From Bacteroidales bacterium (GTDB lineage: Bacteria; Bacteroidota; Bacteroidia; Bacteroidales; UBA3824), in the NCBI GenBank assembly GCA_045640025.1, contig JAZUEG010000320.1, forward strand, positions 1 through 40,031: a DNA stretch of 40,031 nucleotides, read 5' to 3'. The position numbers and the translations under genes were made by a program. Below are positions 17,291 to 26,069 of this stretch, one piece after another (position 1 is the stretch's first letter; each line of letters begins with the position of its first letter). The notes under the pieces are model-generated. The model did no database searches and was not told where the DNA came from. It saw only the letters and a program-made list of their open reading frames with translations.

Positions 17291-17869
17291 ATGGAACAGA
17301 AATTTTGTCAGAGTTGCGGAATGCCTCTTAGCGAGGAGATTTTGGGTACTAATGCTGATGGTAGCAAGAATGAGGACTACTGCATTTATTGCTACAAGGA
17401 CGGCGCTTTCACTGGTGATTTCACTATGGAGGAGATGGCTGAGTATTGCTCGATGTTTGTGGAGGAGTTCAACAAGAACACAGGCAAGAACCTTACCGCC
17501 TGCGAGTACAAACAGGAGTTGTTGAAGTGGTTCCCTATGTTGAAGCGCTGGAATCTTCCCAAGGATCAGATTCCTCACGCCGACCACCCTATGAAGAAGG
17601 TTTTCATCAGCGAGGTGAATGCTCTTGGTATCAAGGATTTGTCTATCACAAATCTTTATGTGCTTCAAGGTTCGTTCATAAATCAGGCTTACAACCTCAA
17701 CGGCAACAATATCAAGGTTCTGGACGACAACGCCTCTTACTGGGGAAATCAGGTTCAGAAATCTGACGGCCGTTGCTACGGTATCGCCTGCGACGAGAAG
17801 TATATCCTCGTAAGTGAGTATGGCAAGGATGGAGCTGACCCTGAGATTGTTGTATTGAAGAGACGATAA
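17291..17869 (+). CDS. Zinc-ribbon domain protein (Zn_ribbon_2-like N-terminus)
   Basis: MEQKFCQSCGMPLSEEILGTNADGSKNEDYCIYCYKDGAF has CxxC...CxxC spacing typical of the putative zinc-ribbon family. The ATG at 17291 is preferred. The 51 upstream codons of the ORF track are AT-rich, promoter-like sequence. Confidence 0.7.
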   Translation: MEQKFCQSCGMPLSEEILGTNADGSKNEDYCIYCYKDGAFTGDFTMEEMAEYCSMFVEEFNKNTGKNLTACEYKQELLKWFPMLKRWNLPKDQIPHADHPMKKVFISEVNALGIKDLSITNLYVLQGSFINQAYNLNGNNIKVLDDNASYWGNQVQKSDGRCYGIACDEKYILVSEYGKDGADPEIVVLKRR

Positions 17870-18005
17870 TTGCTTCGTCTTCGGCATTTTTTAGACAAAA
17901 ATTATCAAAAATTACCAAGAATTATTCAAAAATTTTCTCTGAATGTAATTTATGGATAATTCGTGGTAATTTCTGGTAATTCGTGTTTTTTTACAAATTA
18001 CAGAA

Positions 18006-18374
18006 ATGATGAAAGTTAGCAAGATCCTATCAATTTGTGTGGCTGTTATGGGATTGGTGCATATCGTGGCCACTTTTACTCCGTTGATTGCCAATAAGTT
18101 GTCTATGCTGGAAGATTCGGCGCAGGGGGCGTTTGTATATTTCAGCCTTATGTGCGGTGCATTGCTCCTTGTGGGCGGATTAGTCTGTTTTATGATAGCG
18201 GACAAGGTTTCTGAGTATCAGTTTTTGCGCAGGCCTTATTCGCTGTTGCTGTCGTCGGTTGCCATAGACGGAATTCTGGCCGTTTGCTATATGCCTCACA
18301 ATCTTTTTGCGTGGGCTATATTCGTGCTTGCCGTGGCGTTGACGGTTGCTGGTTTTGTTAATAACAAAAAATAA
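18006..18374 (+). CDS. Small integral membrane protein (4 predicted TM helices)
   Basis: 122 aa, strongly hydrophobic. It is followed 5 nt later by the GNAT gene. Confidence 0.6.
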   Translation: MMKVSKILSICVAVMGLVHIVATFTPLIANKLSMLEDSAQGAFVYFSLMCGALLLVGGLVCFMIADKVSEYQFLRRPYSLLLSSVAIDGILAVCYMPHNLFAWAIFVLAVALTVAGFVNNKK

Positions 18375-18379
18375 GAATT

Positions 18380-19000
18380 ATGAAAATTAGATTAGAGACT
18401 CCTGCCGATTTCCGTGAGGTTGAGAACCTTACGCGAGAGGCTTTCTGGAATGTTTACCGCCCTGGTTGCGTGGAGCATTTTGTACTGAACAGATACCGCA
18501 ATAATCCTTGGTTTGTTCCCGAACTGGATTTTGTGATGGAGGAAGACGGCAGGATAATCGGTCACGTGATGTATTCCAAGGCCGAGATAATAGGGGAGGA
18601 CGGCAATGTGATTCCTGCCTGGACTTTCGGCCCAATAAGCATTCATCCCGATTACAAGCGGAAGGGTTATGGGCTGATGCTTCTGAACTATTCGCTTCAG
18701 AAGGCCAAGGAATATGGGATCGGGATTCTCTGTATGGAGGGCAATATCGATTTTTACGGGAAGGCGGGCTTTGTGTTGGCAAGCACGTTGGGGATTCATT
18801 ACCACGGCGAGCCCAAGGAGTCGGAAGTGCCGTATTTCCTTGCCAAGGAACTTTTGCCCGGTTATCTTGATGGTCGCGAGGGAACGTATCACACTCCCAA
18901 AGGCTATTTTGTGGCCGACGAAAACCCTCAGGAGTTCGAGGCTTACGAGGCTGGTTTCCCGACGAAGGAGAAACTGGTTTTGCCTGGGCAGTTGGGATAA
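18380..19000 (+). CDS. GNAT family N-acetyltransferase (YhbS-like)
   Basis: 206 aa. Motifs ETPADFREVENLTREAF and the acetyl-CoA-binding-like stretch IHPDYKRKGYGLMLLNYSL. The C-terminal extension is as in the COG3153-type proteins. Confidence 0.75.
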   Translation: MKIRLETPADFREVENLTREAFWNVYRPGCVEHFVLNRYRNNPWFVPELDFVMEEDGRIIGHVMYSKAEIIGEDGNVIPAWTFGPISIHPDYKRKGYGLMLLNYSLQKAKEYGIGILCMEGNIDFYGKAGFVLASTLGIHYHGEPKESEVPYFLAKELLPGYLDGREGTYHTPKGYFVADENPQEFEAYEAGFPTKEKLVLPGQLG

Positions 19001-19073
19001 AATGGGATTTATGCGACAGTGATGCATAAATTTTCAAAAGTTTTGGGTTGTTGTTGTTTATGAAAAAATTTAC

Positions 19074-19081
19074 TATATTTG
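19074..19081 (+). promoter_or_regulatory. -7 promoter box TATATTTG
   Basis: Lies 18 nt upstream of the ATG at 19100. Confidence 0.45.
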
Positions 19082-19099
19082 CGCCTTAACGCAAAAATT

Positions 19100-20302
19100 A
19101 TGAAGGACAACAATTTGACAAAATACACCCACGACGGGTTGGATCTTCCGATTGAGAATTGGAATGTGGGAAGTCATTCTTTTGATGATTTGACTTCGGT
19201 GATTCAGACAACTCACGATGCCTCGCAGACTTCGGCAATCAAGGCAATCAACCGCTTGCAGACTATGCGCAACTGGTTGATAGGCTATTATATTGTGGAG
19301 TTTGAGCAGAATGGCAAGGACAGGGCTGAGTATGGTAAGAAGTTATTAGAGACTCTTGAAAAAAAAGTTAATAGAAAAGGGTTGAATATGACTTTGTTTA
19401 GATATGCAAGAAAATTTTACTTGTTGTATCCACAGATGGTTGATAATATCAGTGATTGGGTTTTTGAATCAACGACTAATCAATCGTTATTTAATGAAGT
19501 TGATGTTGTAGAAGTAATTGATAATCAAGTTGATGAAATTCGCGCGACGCCGTCGCGCGAATTTAGAACTCCTGGACAACGTCTTATTTCGCGATTGTCT
19601 TTTTCTCACATTAGAGAGATTATGACAATTGACGATCCTTTTCAGCGTTACTTTTATGAGCAGGAGTGTATCAAGTGCACTTGGTCTGTAAAAGAGTTGC
19701 GCCGTCAGATATCTACAAATCTTTATGTGCGTGCTGGTATCAGTGCCAATCCTGAGAAGTTGCTGTCGGCATATACTGACAATAATTCTGATACTCCCGC
19801 TCTTCAAATCCGTCAGCCGATGACTTTTGAGTTCTTGGGCTTGAAGGCTCAGGATATTGTGGACGAGAACGATTTGGAGGATGCCCTTATTTCTCATCTT
19901 CAGGAGTTTATGATGGAGTTGGGTAAGGGTTTCTGTTTTGAGTCGCGTCAGCAGAGGATCGTTATTGATGACGAATATTTCTATCCTGATTTGGTTTTCT
20001 ATAATAGAATGTTGCATTGCAATGTGATTATCGAATTGAAAAACGAGGAGTTCTCTTATCAGAATTTTGGTCAACTGAACGCATACGTGTCTTATTATAA
20101 GGAGAATGAGATGCAACCTGGTGACAATCCTCCAATTGGTATTCTGCTCTGCACCCGCAAGGGAAAGAAAATGGTGGAATATGCTCTCGCTGGAATGGAT
20201 AATCAATTGTTTGTTTCCACATATATGCTTCAACTTCCTGAGAAAAAGGTCCTTGAGGATTTCTTGCTGAAACAGATGAAGGAATTCGGCGAGGAACTTT
20301 AA
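19100..20302 (+). CDS. YhcG/DUF1016 family PD-(D/E)XK nuclease-domain protein
   Basis: The N-terminal part is NWLIGYYIVEFEQNGKDRAEYGKKLLETL...FYLLYP...WSVKELRRQI. The C-terminal nuclease core is FEFLGL...EDALISHLQEFMMELGKGFCFESRQQRI...PDLVFYNRMLHCNVIIELK...GQLNAYV. The ATG at 19100 is preferred over the alternative start at 19079. Confidence 0.75.
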   Translation: MKDNNLTKYTHDGLDLPIENWNVGSHSFDDLTSVIQTTHDASQTSAIKAINRLQTMRNWLIGYYIVEFEQNGKDRAEYGKKLLETLEKKVNRKGLNMTLFRYARKFYLLYPQMVDNISDWVFESTTNQSLFNEVDVVEVIDNQVDEIRATPSREFRTPGQRLISRLSFSHIREIMTIDDPFQRYFYEQECIKCTWSVKELRRQISTNLYVRAGISANPEKLLSAYTDNNSDTPALQIRQPMTFEFLGLKAQDIVDENDLEDALISHLQEFMMELGKGFCFESRQQRIVIDDEYFYPDLVFYNRMLHCNVIIELKNEEFSYQNFGQLNAYVSYYKENEMQPGDNPPIGILLCTRKGKKMVEYALAGMDNQLFVSTYMLQLPEKKVLEDFLLKQMKEFGEEL

Positions 20303-20322
20303 TCTCTAAAAATCCTCGGATA

Positions 20323-20470
20323 CCCCGGTTTCCCCGGTTTCCCCGGCCTCTGCTGTTATTGATAATTGGTGGAGGCCGGGGCTACTGAGCGTGGAGGTCT
20401 AAAGACCTCGGAGGGAGGCGTTTAATTTTTAAACTTTCAACTTTATACTTTAAACTTTACACTTTCAACT
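20323..20470 (-). repeat. Composite REP-like element X, copy 2 (inverted relative to 10151-10320)
   Basis: The reverse complement reads agttgaaagtgtaaagtttaaag ... gaggtctttagacctccacgctcagtagccccggcctccacc ... cagaggccgggg, collinear with copy 1. It also carries a (ccccggttt)x2 tandem at 20323-20340. Confidence 0.75.
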
Positions 20471-20475
20471 AAAAA

Positions 20476-20790
20476 ATGGCTTGTTCACCGGAATTTATTG
20501 ATTTTGTTTGCAATCAGTTGTCGCCGTTGGGGGAGGTGAGGGCCCGCAAGATGATGGGCGATTATGTGATTTATGTGGATGAGAAATGCGTTATCCTGGC
20601 TTGCGACGAGATTTGCTATGTCAAGATTGTCCCTGAGATAGAGGAACTGTTGTCTGACGCTGAGCGTGGTTTCCCTTACGACGGCGCCAAGGAGCATTAT
20701 ATTCTTGATATTGAGCACCGTAACACTGCGCTTAAGGTGGTTGGGATTCTGCGGGATGTTTTGCCGTATCCGAAGAAGAGGAAGAAGTAG
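20476..20790 (+). CDS. TfoX N-terminal domain protein
   Basis: 104 aa. FIDFVCNQLSPLGEVRARKMMGDYVIYVDEKCVILACDEICYVK matches the TfoX_N pattern (L...g.v..r.MFG.y.ly.dg..fa...dd.ly.K). Confidence 0.7.
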   Translation: MACSPEFIDFVCNQLSPLGEVRARKMMGDYVIYVDEKCVILACDEICYVKIVPEIEELLSDAERGFPYDGAKEHYILDIEHRNTALKVVGILRDVLPYPKKRKK

Positions 20791-20878
20791 AAGACTAAAA
20801 TTGTCAAAAAATCATACAAACTAAACCCTTGAAAATCAGTTGTAAAATTTTTAGACAATGCGTCTGATGTTGGCGATG

Positions 20879-20886
20879 TACTTTTG
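20879..20886 (+). promoter_or_regulatory. -7 promoter box TACTTTTG
   Basis: Lies 29 nt upstream of the ATG at 20916. Confidence 0.4.
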
Positions 20887-20915
20887 CATATCGAAAACAT
20901 TAAAACGCATATAAT

Positions 20916-23282
20916 ATGAAGAGATTTTTGATTGTGTCCTCAGTGGCTCTGTTGTCGTCTACTGCATTGGGACAAAACTATAAGGGTTCGGTTGTGGATG
21001 CTGATAATCAGCCTGTTCCATACGCCAATGTGGTGATGATGAGTCTGCCTGACAGCGCTTTTGTGTGCGGTACTGTGTCGGATGTCGATGGTAATTTCGT
21101 TTTGGAGTGCAATGGGAAGGCCGACCTTCTGAGGCTCTCGTCTATCGGTTTTCAGACTGTGTATGTACAGAATCCCAAGGAGGATCTGGGTGTGTTGAGT
21201 CTGTTGTCGGCTGATAAGGAATTGAACGAGGTGGTCGTTAGCGCCCAAAAGCCAAAGACAAGACTTACAGGCAATTCGATGGTTACAAGCATTACGGGCT
21301 CGGTTTTGGAGAAGTCGGGAACTGCCAAGGAGATGCTGGCCAAGGTGCCTGGTATGATGGAGGGCAAGGATGGATTGGAGGTGATAGGAAAGGGCGCTCC
21401 TGTCTTTTACATAAATGGCCGAAAGGTGCAGGATCTGGATGAACTTAAACGTCTGCAAAGTGATGAGATTAAGGAGGTTGAGGTAATCACCAATCCCGGC
21501 GCGCAGTACGATGCCACGGTGTCGTGCGTGGTTAGGATCAGGACTGTGCGACGTCAGGGAAACGGTTTCGGTTTCGACCTCCATTCCGAGGACTGCTACG
21601 ATATCGAGTACGGCAAAAACAACAAGAATGCTACCGCAAACCTGCGATACAGGCACAAGAATGTGGATGTTTTTGGACTGATTAATTACTGGGACTGGAA
21701 TTCCATAAACGATCAGACTCCTCATCAGTGGACTTATTTCAGGAATGGCGACGATATCAAGGTCTTGGATCAGGACGCGCGTCTCAGGAACGACTGGTAT
21801 GGAAAGGCTTTGAACTATAATTTAGGTGCCAACTGGCAAATATCTGACAATCATTCTGTTGGCGTTCGTGTGGATAAGCACGACAAGTTGGGAGGATATT
21901 CTTCTATGGAGGAGCAGACCAACATTGTGGAGTACCTGATGAGTGCGCCGTCAGAAACAAAAAAATCCGACAGCCATTCGTATCAGCGTAGCGACGACAC
22001 CGAGCCTTACAATGTGGACGGCAACGCCTATTATAATGGCAAGGTGGGTAAACTCGGTATTGATTTCAACTTCGATTTTATGACCAAGAAGTCGCAGGAC
22101 AACAATATTGTGGATCTTTTTGACGCCGACAAGCGCTCCACCATTGATACCAAGAAGACCAATATGGTGGCAGACAAATTGGTGCTCACTTATCCTGTTT
22201 GGAAGGGTCAACTTACTGTGGGTGAGGAGAATTCGTCGGTGATGCGCAAGAGCGATTATGTTGTGGAAGGTCTGGATATCTCGTCGTCGAAATCTGAGGT
22301 AAGGGAAAACAATCTGGCGGTTTTTGCCGAGTATGGTTTCCAATTGGAGAAACTGGGCGCCTTTACGGCCGGCCTGCGCTACGAGCACGTGGGTCTCGAC
22401 TACACAAGTTTCAGCAATCCCGAGAATTCGCTTTCGAGAAACAACGACAATGTGTTCCCCTCGGCCTCGTGGTCAAGGCAGTTTGGTCAGGTGCAGACCT
22501 CGCTTAGTTACCGTTTCAAGGTTCAGAGACCTAATTACTGGAGCCTCAACGAGGCTATGGTTTACTTGAATCCTTATTCGTATCAGCAGGGCGACCCTAA
22601 ACTGAAGAATCAGAATTCTCAGAATGTGGATGCCAATATCCATTGGAAGGTGCTGAATCTCTCGATGTCGTACGGATGCGTGAAGAATTCTTTCGTTGAG
22701 TGGTCGTATGTGCATAATGATGAGGGCGTTATCGTGATCAGGAATATCAATCTTGATGAGCCCGTTAATAAGTTCTCGGCCTTTCTGAATGCCTCTCCAA
22801 CTTTCGGAGTTTATTCTCCAAATTGGACCGCTGGAATTATGAGCGCCACTTTGAGCAAGACTTTAGCAGATCCACGCGAAGCCTCTGATGCTCGGGAAAT
22901 TTGCTATCGCAAGCCTATCTCGATTATCAACTGCAACAACGCTTTCCGCCTGAAGGGCAACTGGCAGTTGGAGGCCAATCTGTTCTGTCAGTTTAAGGGC
23001 GACGTGATGACTTACAGGCTTCAAAACAATCTCTATAACCTGAACTTTGTGGCTCAGAAGAGTTTCCTGAAAGACAAGTCGCTGGTCTTGCGCGTCACCT
23101 TTGATGATGTGCTCCGCAAATCGGGTCAGGATGTGGCTATGGACTGCGGTTATTATTACTTGGAGCAGAGTCAGCACAGGAATAGTCAGAGGCTAAATGT
23201 CTCTGTAAGATACACTTTCAATCAGAGTCAGAGCAAGTATAAGGGCACCGGGGCCGGAAGCGAGGCCAAGGAGAGGATGTAG
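20916..23282 (+). CDS. Outer-membrane beta-barrel protein with CarboxypepD_reg-like N-terminal domain (TonB-dependent-receptor-like)
   Basis: 788 aa. It has a signal peptide, then YKGSVVDADNQPVPYANVVM...GTVSDVDGNFVLE (carboxypeptidase-regulatory-like fold), a plug-like segment and a long region of alternating beta-strand character. The terminal RYTF lies about 24 aa before the C-terminus. Confidence 0.8.
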   Translation: MKRFLIVSSVALLSSTALGQNYKGSVVDADNQPVPYANVVMMSLPDSAFVCGTVSDVDGNFVLECNGKADLLRLSSIGFQTVYVQNPKEDLGVLSLLSADKELNEVVVSAQKPKTRLTGNSMVTSITGSVLEKSGTAKEMLAKVPGMMEGKDGLEVIGKGAPVFYINGRKVQDLDELKRLQSDEIKEVEVITNPGAQYDATVSCVVRIRTVRRQGNGFGFDLHSEDCYDIEYGKNNKNATANLRYRHKNVDVFGLINYWDWNSINDQTPHQWTYFRNGDDIKVLDQDARLRNDWYGKALNYNLGANWQISDNHSVGVRVDKHDKLGGYSSMEEQTNIVEYLMSAPSETKKSDSHSYQRSDDTEPYNVDGNAYYNGKVGKLGIDFNFDFMTKKSQDNNIVDLFDADKRSTIDTKKTNMVADKLVLTYPVWKGQLTVGEENSSVMRKSDYVVEGLDISSSKSEVRENNLAVFAEYGFQLEKLGAFTAGLRYEHVGLDYTSFSNPENSLSRNNDNVFPSASWSRQFGQVQTSLSYRFKVQRPNYWSLNEAMVYLNPYSYQQGDPKLKNQNSQNVDANIHWKVLNLSMSYGCVKNSFVEWSYVHNDEGVIVIRNINLDEPVNKFSAFLNASPTFGVYSPNWTAGIMSATLSKTLADPREASDAREICYRKPISIINCNNAFRLKGNWQLEANLFCQFKGDVMTYRLQNNLYNLNFVAQKSFLKDKSLVLRVTFDDVLRKSGQDVAMDCGYYYLEQSQHRNSQRLNVSVRYTFNQSQSKYKGTGAGSEAKERM

Positions 23283-23300
23283 GGGGTGTATGATATCTTA

Positions 23301-23348
23301 AAACTCAGCCAAATTAATTAGTTTTTGTTTAATTTGGCTGAGTTTTGG
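23301..23348 (+). terminator. Intrinsic terminator
   Basis: 16-bp perfect stem aaactcagccaaatta (23301-23316) / taatttggctgagttt (23330-23345), ending in a T-rich sequence. Confidence 0.65.
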
Positions 23349-23367
23349 AAAATTGGTTTTGCTTTTG

Positions 23368-23375
23368 TATATTTG
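23368..23375 (+). promoter_or_regulatory. -7 promoter box TATATTTG
   Basis: Lies 46 nt upstream of the ATG at 23422. Confidence 0.4.
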
Positions 23376-23421
23376 CATTGTAGTTGATATTTAGAATATT
23401 AATTGTTTCAAATGTATCAAA

Positions 23422-24879
23422 ATGAATGATTTGAGGTTTGCAAATATAATAGGCAGAAAACGTGAACTCGAGGTGTTGGGTCAGGTTCTTGAGTCCGATA
23501 GGTCTGAGTTTGTGGCTATTTATGGCAGAAGGCGTGTCGGAAAGTCTTTTCTGATAAGTGAGTTTTTCGACAACAAGTTCTCGTTTTCGGTGGTGGGGTC
23601 GTATCTGAAGGAAAACGACGAGGCCACTTACAGGCAGACTCAGTTGTCGCATTTCTATGATCAGTTATTGGCATTTGGACTCAATGCAAATGCTCCAAGG
23701 ATTACCTGCTGGCGCGAGGCGTTTTCGTCTCTCAAGCAGTTGTTGCTGAGAAAACGTAGCAAGCGTAAGGTTGTTTTTATTGACGAACTGCCCTGGCTCG
23801 CTGGGCCTCAGTCGTCTGAACTGATTTCAGAACTCGGATATTTCTGGAATTCCTGGGCCGAGCGTCAGAAAAACATTGTGCTTGTGGTTTGCGGATCCGC
23901 CACAAGTTGGATGCTTGATAATATTATCCGCGATTACGGTGGATTGTATGGCAGACTTACACAGCGCATTAAGTTGTCTCCATTTACATTGGGTGAGTGT
24001 GAGCAGTTTTACAAAAGCCGTGGCTTCAAATTCTCAAGATACGAGATTGCCCTGTCGTATATGGTTTGGGGTGGCATTCCTTATTATATGAATATGCTGA
24101 AACGCAATCTTTCTCTTACTCAAAATATTAATAATCTGTTTTTTGGAGTAGACAATTACGAGGAAGAGTTTAAATCGGTTTATACAGGATTGTATTCGTC
24201 AACCGACAGATATATTTATATAGTGATGGCATTGGGCAAACGTTTTTATGGACTCACACGCTCCGAAATTCAGAAATCAATTCAGGTTTCGAGCGGTGGC
24301 ACATTAACCAAGATGCTTGATAATCTGCTTGAGTCGGGCGTTATCCGTCAATATCCAAGATATGGAAAATCGCGGGTAGAGACTGTTTTTCAGTTGAAGG
24401 ATTACTTTTCCCTGTTTTATCTCCGCTTCATATACGGCAAAAGTCAGTTGGGCTCTTGGAATATGATTAACCGTTCTGGCAATTTTTACTCCTGGGCGGG
24501 TAATACATTCGAGTTGCTCTGTATAGACCATATTCCTCAGATTTTGAGCGCTTTGCGATTGAGGGGCGTCAGGAATGTGTATTGCTATTCAGGAACGGCC
24601 TCTTCGGGAAGGGAGGCTCAGATAGATTTAGTTTTTGAATCTGAAGGAGAGCGTGCTGACTATATCTGCGAGATTAAATTCTCTGAAAATCAGTTTGCTA
24701 TTGATGTGGATTACGAATCCAAGTTGTCGGACAAAATCGATGCTTTCCTCCATAGCAAACAGCACAAGCCTACTCGTTCGTTGTTGCTTGTTATGATTGT
24801 GGCCAATGGCTTGTCGAAAAATGAACATTCTCATCAGGTGGATGAGGTGGTTACATTGGATGATTTGTTCTCTGAATGA
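23422..24879 (+). CDS. AAA+ ATPase (ATPase_2/DUF234 type) with C-terminal PD-(D/E)XK-like module, paralog 2
   Basis: Walker A GRRRVGKS, Walker B VVFIDELPW, VCGSA. The C-terminus is QIDLVFESEGERADYICEIKFS. It is collinear with 10601-12022 over its whole length. Confidence 0.8.
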   Translation: MNDLRFANIIGRKRELEVLGQVLESDRSEFVAIYGRRRVGKSFLISEFFDNKFSFSVVGSYLKENDEATYRQTQLSHFYDQLLAFGLNANAPRITCWREAFSSLKQLLLRKRSKRKVVFIDELPWLAGPQSSELISELGYFWNSWAERQKNIVLVVCGSATSWMLDNIIRDYGGLYGRLTQRIKLSPFTLGECEQFYKSRGFKFSRYEIALSYMVWGGIPYYMNMLKRNLSLTQNINNLFFGVDNYEEEFKSVYTGLYSSTDRYIYIVMALGKRFYGLTRSEIQKSIQVSSGGTLTKMLDNLLESGVIRQYPRYGKSRVETVFQLKDYFSLFYLRFIYGKSQLGSWNMINRSGNFYSWAGNTFELLCIDHIPQILSALRLRGVRNVYCYSGTASSGREAQIDLVFESEGERADYICEIKFSENQFAIDVDYESKLSDKIDAFLHSKQHKPTRSLLLVMIVANGLSKNEHSHQVDEVVTLDDLFSE

Positions 24880-24994
24880 TATATTATTGATTTTTAACCT
24901 TTTTTTTATCTTTTTTCATTGGACAATTATTTATATTTCGACAACGAAATTGCAACTATAAGTTAAATGTTTAACTATTAAAAAACTAACGACT

Positions 24995-25453
24995 ATGAAA
25001 ACAAAATTCAGATTTTTGGCGGTGCTGATGCTTTCGGTGCTGGCCTTTACGCTACCCTCGTGCGATGATTGCTGGGACGATTACGAGAACTATGATGGCG
25101 ACTACGACGAGGATATGTCGCGCGTGATTTGCGGTGTCTGGGAGGGCGACTTCGACGGCGTGGATACCGAGATGGAGTTCAATCCCGATTACAGGAATGC
25201 CAAATGGGGCTATGGCACAGAGTTTTGTGGCGATGACAAGTTCGATTTTGAGTGGGAGATCCGCTATGGTATCCTGGAACTCACTTACCGCGATGCCCAC
25301 GACCGCGACTGCCGAATCGGCAATTACCATATCACCAACAAGCGTTTCAAGGGCCGTTTGAACAACACCGATATCCATTTCTCTTTCAAGAAAACCGACA
25401 AGTATTACTCGTTTAATCCTCCGTTCGACGAGAGAATGGGAAATTATAAGTAG
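24995..25453 (+). CDS. Small lipoprotein, function unknown
   Basis: Signal peptide plus lipobox MKTKFRFLAVLMLSVLAFTLPSC. The mature N-terminus is acidic. 152 aa. Confidence 0.7.
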   Translation: MKTKFRFLAVLMLSVLAFTLPSCDDCWDDYENYDGDYDEDMSRVICGVWEGDFDGVDTEMEFNPDYRNAKWGYGTEFCGDDKFDFEWEIRYGILELTYRDAHDRDCRIGNYHITNKRFKGRLNNTDIHFSFKKTDKYYSFNPPFDERMGNYK

Positions 25454-25492
25454 TTTTTTTTAGTTGAGAGATTAGAGATTAGAGATTAGAGA

Positions 25493-25527
25493 GCCTTTCG
25501 GATTTTGGGATTCGGAAGGCTTTTTTT
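25493..25527 (+). terminator. Intrinsic terminator
   Basis: Stem gcctttcg (25493-25500) / cggaaggc (25513-25520), which includes one G-U pair, then a T7 run (25521-25527). It is preceded by (gagatta)x3 at 25467-25487. Confidence 0.6.
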
Positions 25528-25536
25528 GTGGGTTAT

Positions 25537-25602
25537 CCTCATAAAATTGTAGTTTTCGGGTGTTTGATCCCTCATAAAATTGTGATGGTGTTAAGTAATT
25601 TG
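25537..25602 (+). repeat. Two degenerate tandem 33-bp units (cctcataaaattgt core)
   Basis: cctcataaaattgt occurs at 25537-25550 and 25570-25583, exactly 33 bp apart. Confidence 0.6.
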
Positions 25603-25717
25603 TTTATTTACAGGATCTTTGCTTGGGTAGTTTTGGTTTAGTTTTGATGTAAGTAATTATTTACAAGTGATATGCAGATTTAAGATTGAGTTCTTTGGTT
25701 GAGATAATCCTGAAAGA

Positions 25718-25816
25718 TGCGATTAGGGCAAAATTTGGTGGTTTGAAATTTGCGATTAGGGCGATTTTTAGCGTTTTGAAAATTGCGATTAGGGAAAGTG
25801 TGAATTGTAGTTTGTT
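25718..25816 (+). repeat. Three degenerate tandem 33-bp units (tgcgattaggg core)
   Basis: tgcgattaggg occurs at 25718-25728, 25751-25761 and 25784-25794, exactly 33 bp apart. Each copy is preceded by tgaaa plus 2-3 further nt (tgaaaga, tgaaatt, tgaaaat). Confidence 0.7.
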
Positions 25817-25978
25817 GTGAATTAGTTGGTTTTGCGTGGTGGTTTTGATGATGTTCTCTTTTGTAAAATTTGATTGAATTTGACATATTTTGAAATTTGT
25901 TGTTTGGTAGAGAGAATTGAGGGTGTTTTGGTGAAAAATATTCACAGATTTTGTTTTGAGTATATAAAAAAGGTGATT

Positions 25979-25986
25979 ATATTTGC
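25979..25986 (+). promoter_or_regulatory. -7 promoter box TATATTTG, candidate promoter of the long leader and the MotAB-HNH operon
   Basis: This is the only TAnnTTTG I found in a suitable + orientation between 25900 and 26243. It lies about 85 nt upstream of the long hairpin and about 258 nt upstream of the ATG at 26244. Confidence 0.35.
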
Positions 25987-26069
25987 ATTCGGTATTCAAC
26001 AAATTTGCCTATGAACATTTAGACAATATTTACATATAATAATATTTAAAAGTATTAACTAAATTCATT

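Noticed and set aside
17957-17985. Motif taattcgtg repeated 20 bp apart upstream of the membrane-protein/GNAT genes; its 8-nt core aattcgtg also occurs at 3433-3440 (reverse complement at 3376-3383), suggesting a shared regulator site
   Set aside because: There are only four occurrences of an 8-9-mer in AT-rich intergenic DNA. The chance expectation in 40 kb on both strands is about one, so the enrichment is weak and cannot be assessed without a genome-wide count.
18392-19037. Two ~200-aa - strand ORFs antisense to the GNAT gene
   Set aside because: The GNAT frame carries recognisable acetyltransferase motifs. The antisense frames are Arg/Pro/Ser-rich and show no motifs.
25537-25816. Possible degenerate CRISPR array, because of the regularly spaced short repeats
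   Set aside because: The period is 33 bp in total, so there is no room for repeat plus spacer. The cores are only 11-14 bp and the intervening sequence is itself partly repeated. No cas genes are in the window. It is better described as phased tandem repeats.
25661-26002. 113-aa ORF on the - strand in the long non-coding region
   Set aside because: The translation is low-complexity (N/K/I/F/T-rich) and spans the tandem repeats. It has no start context or promoter box and its composition is typical of AT-rich non-coding DNA.
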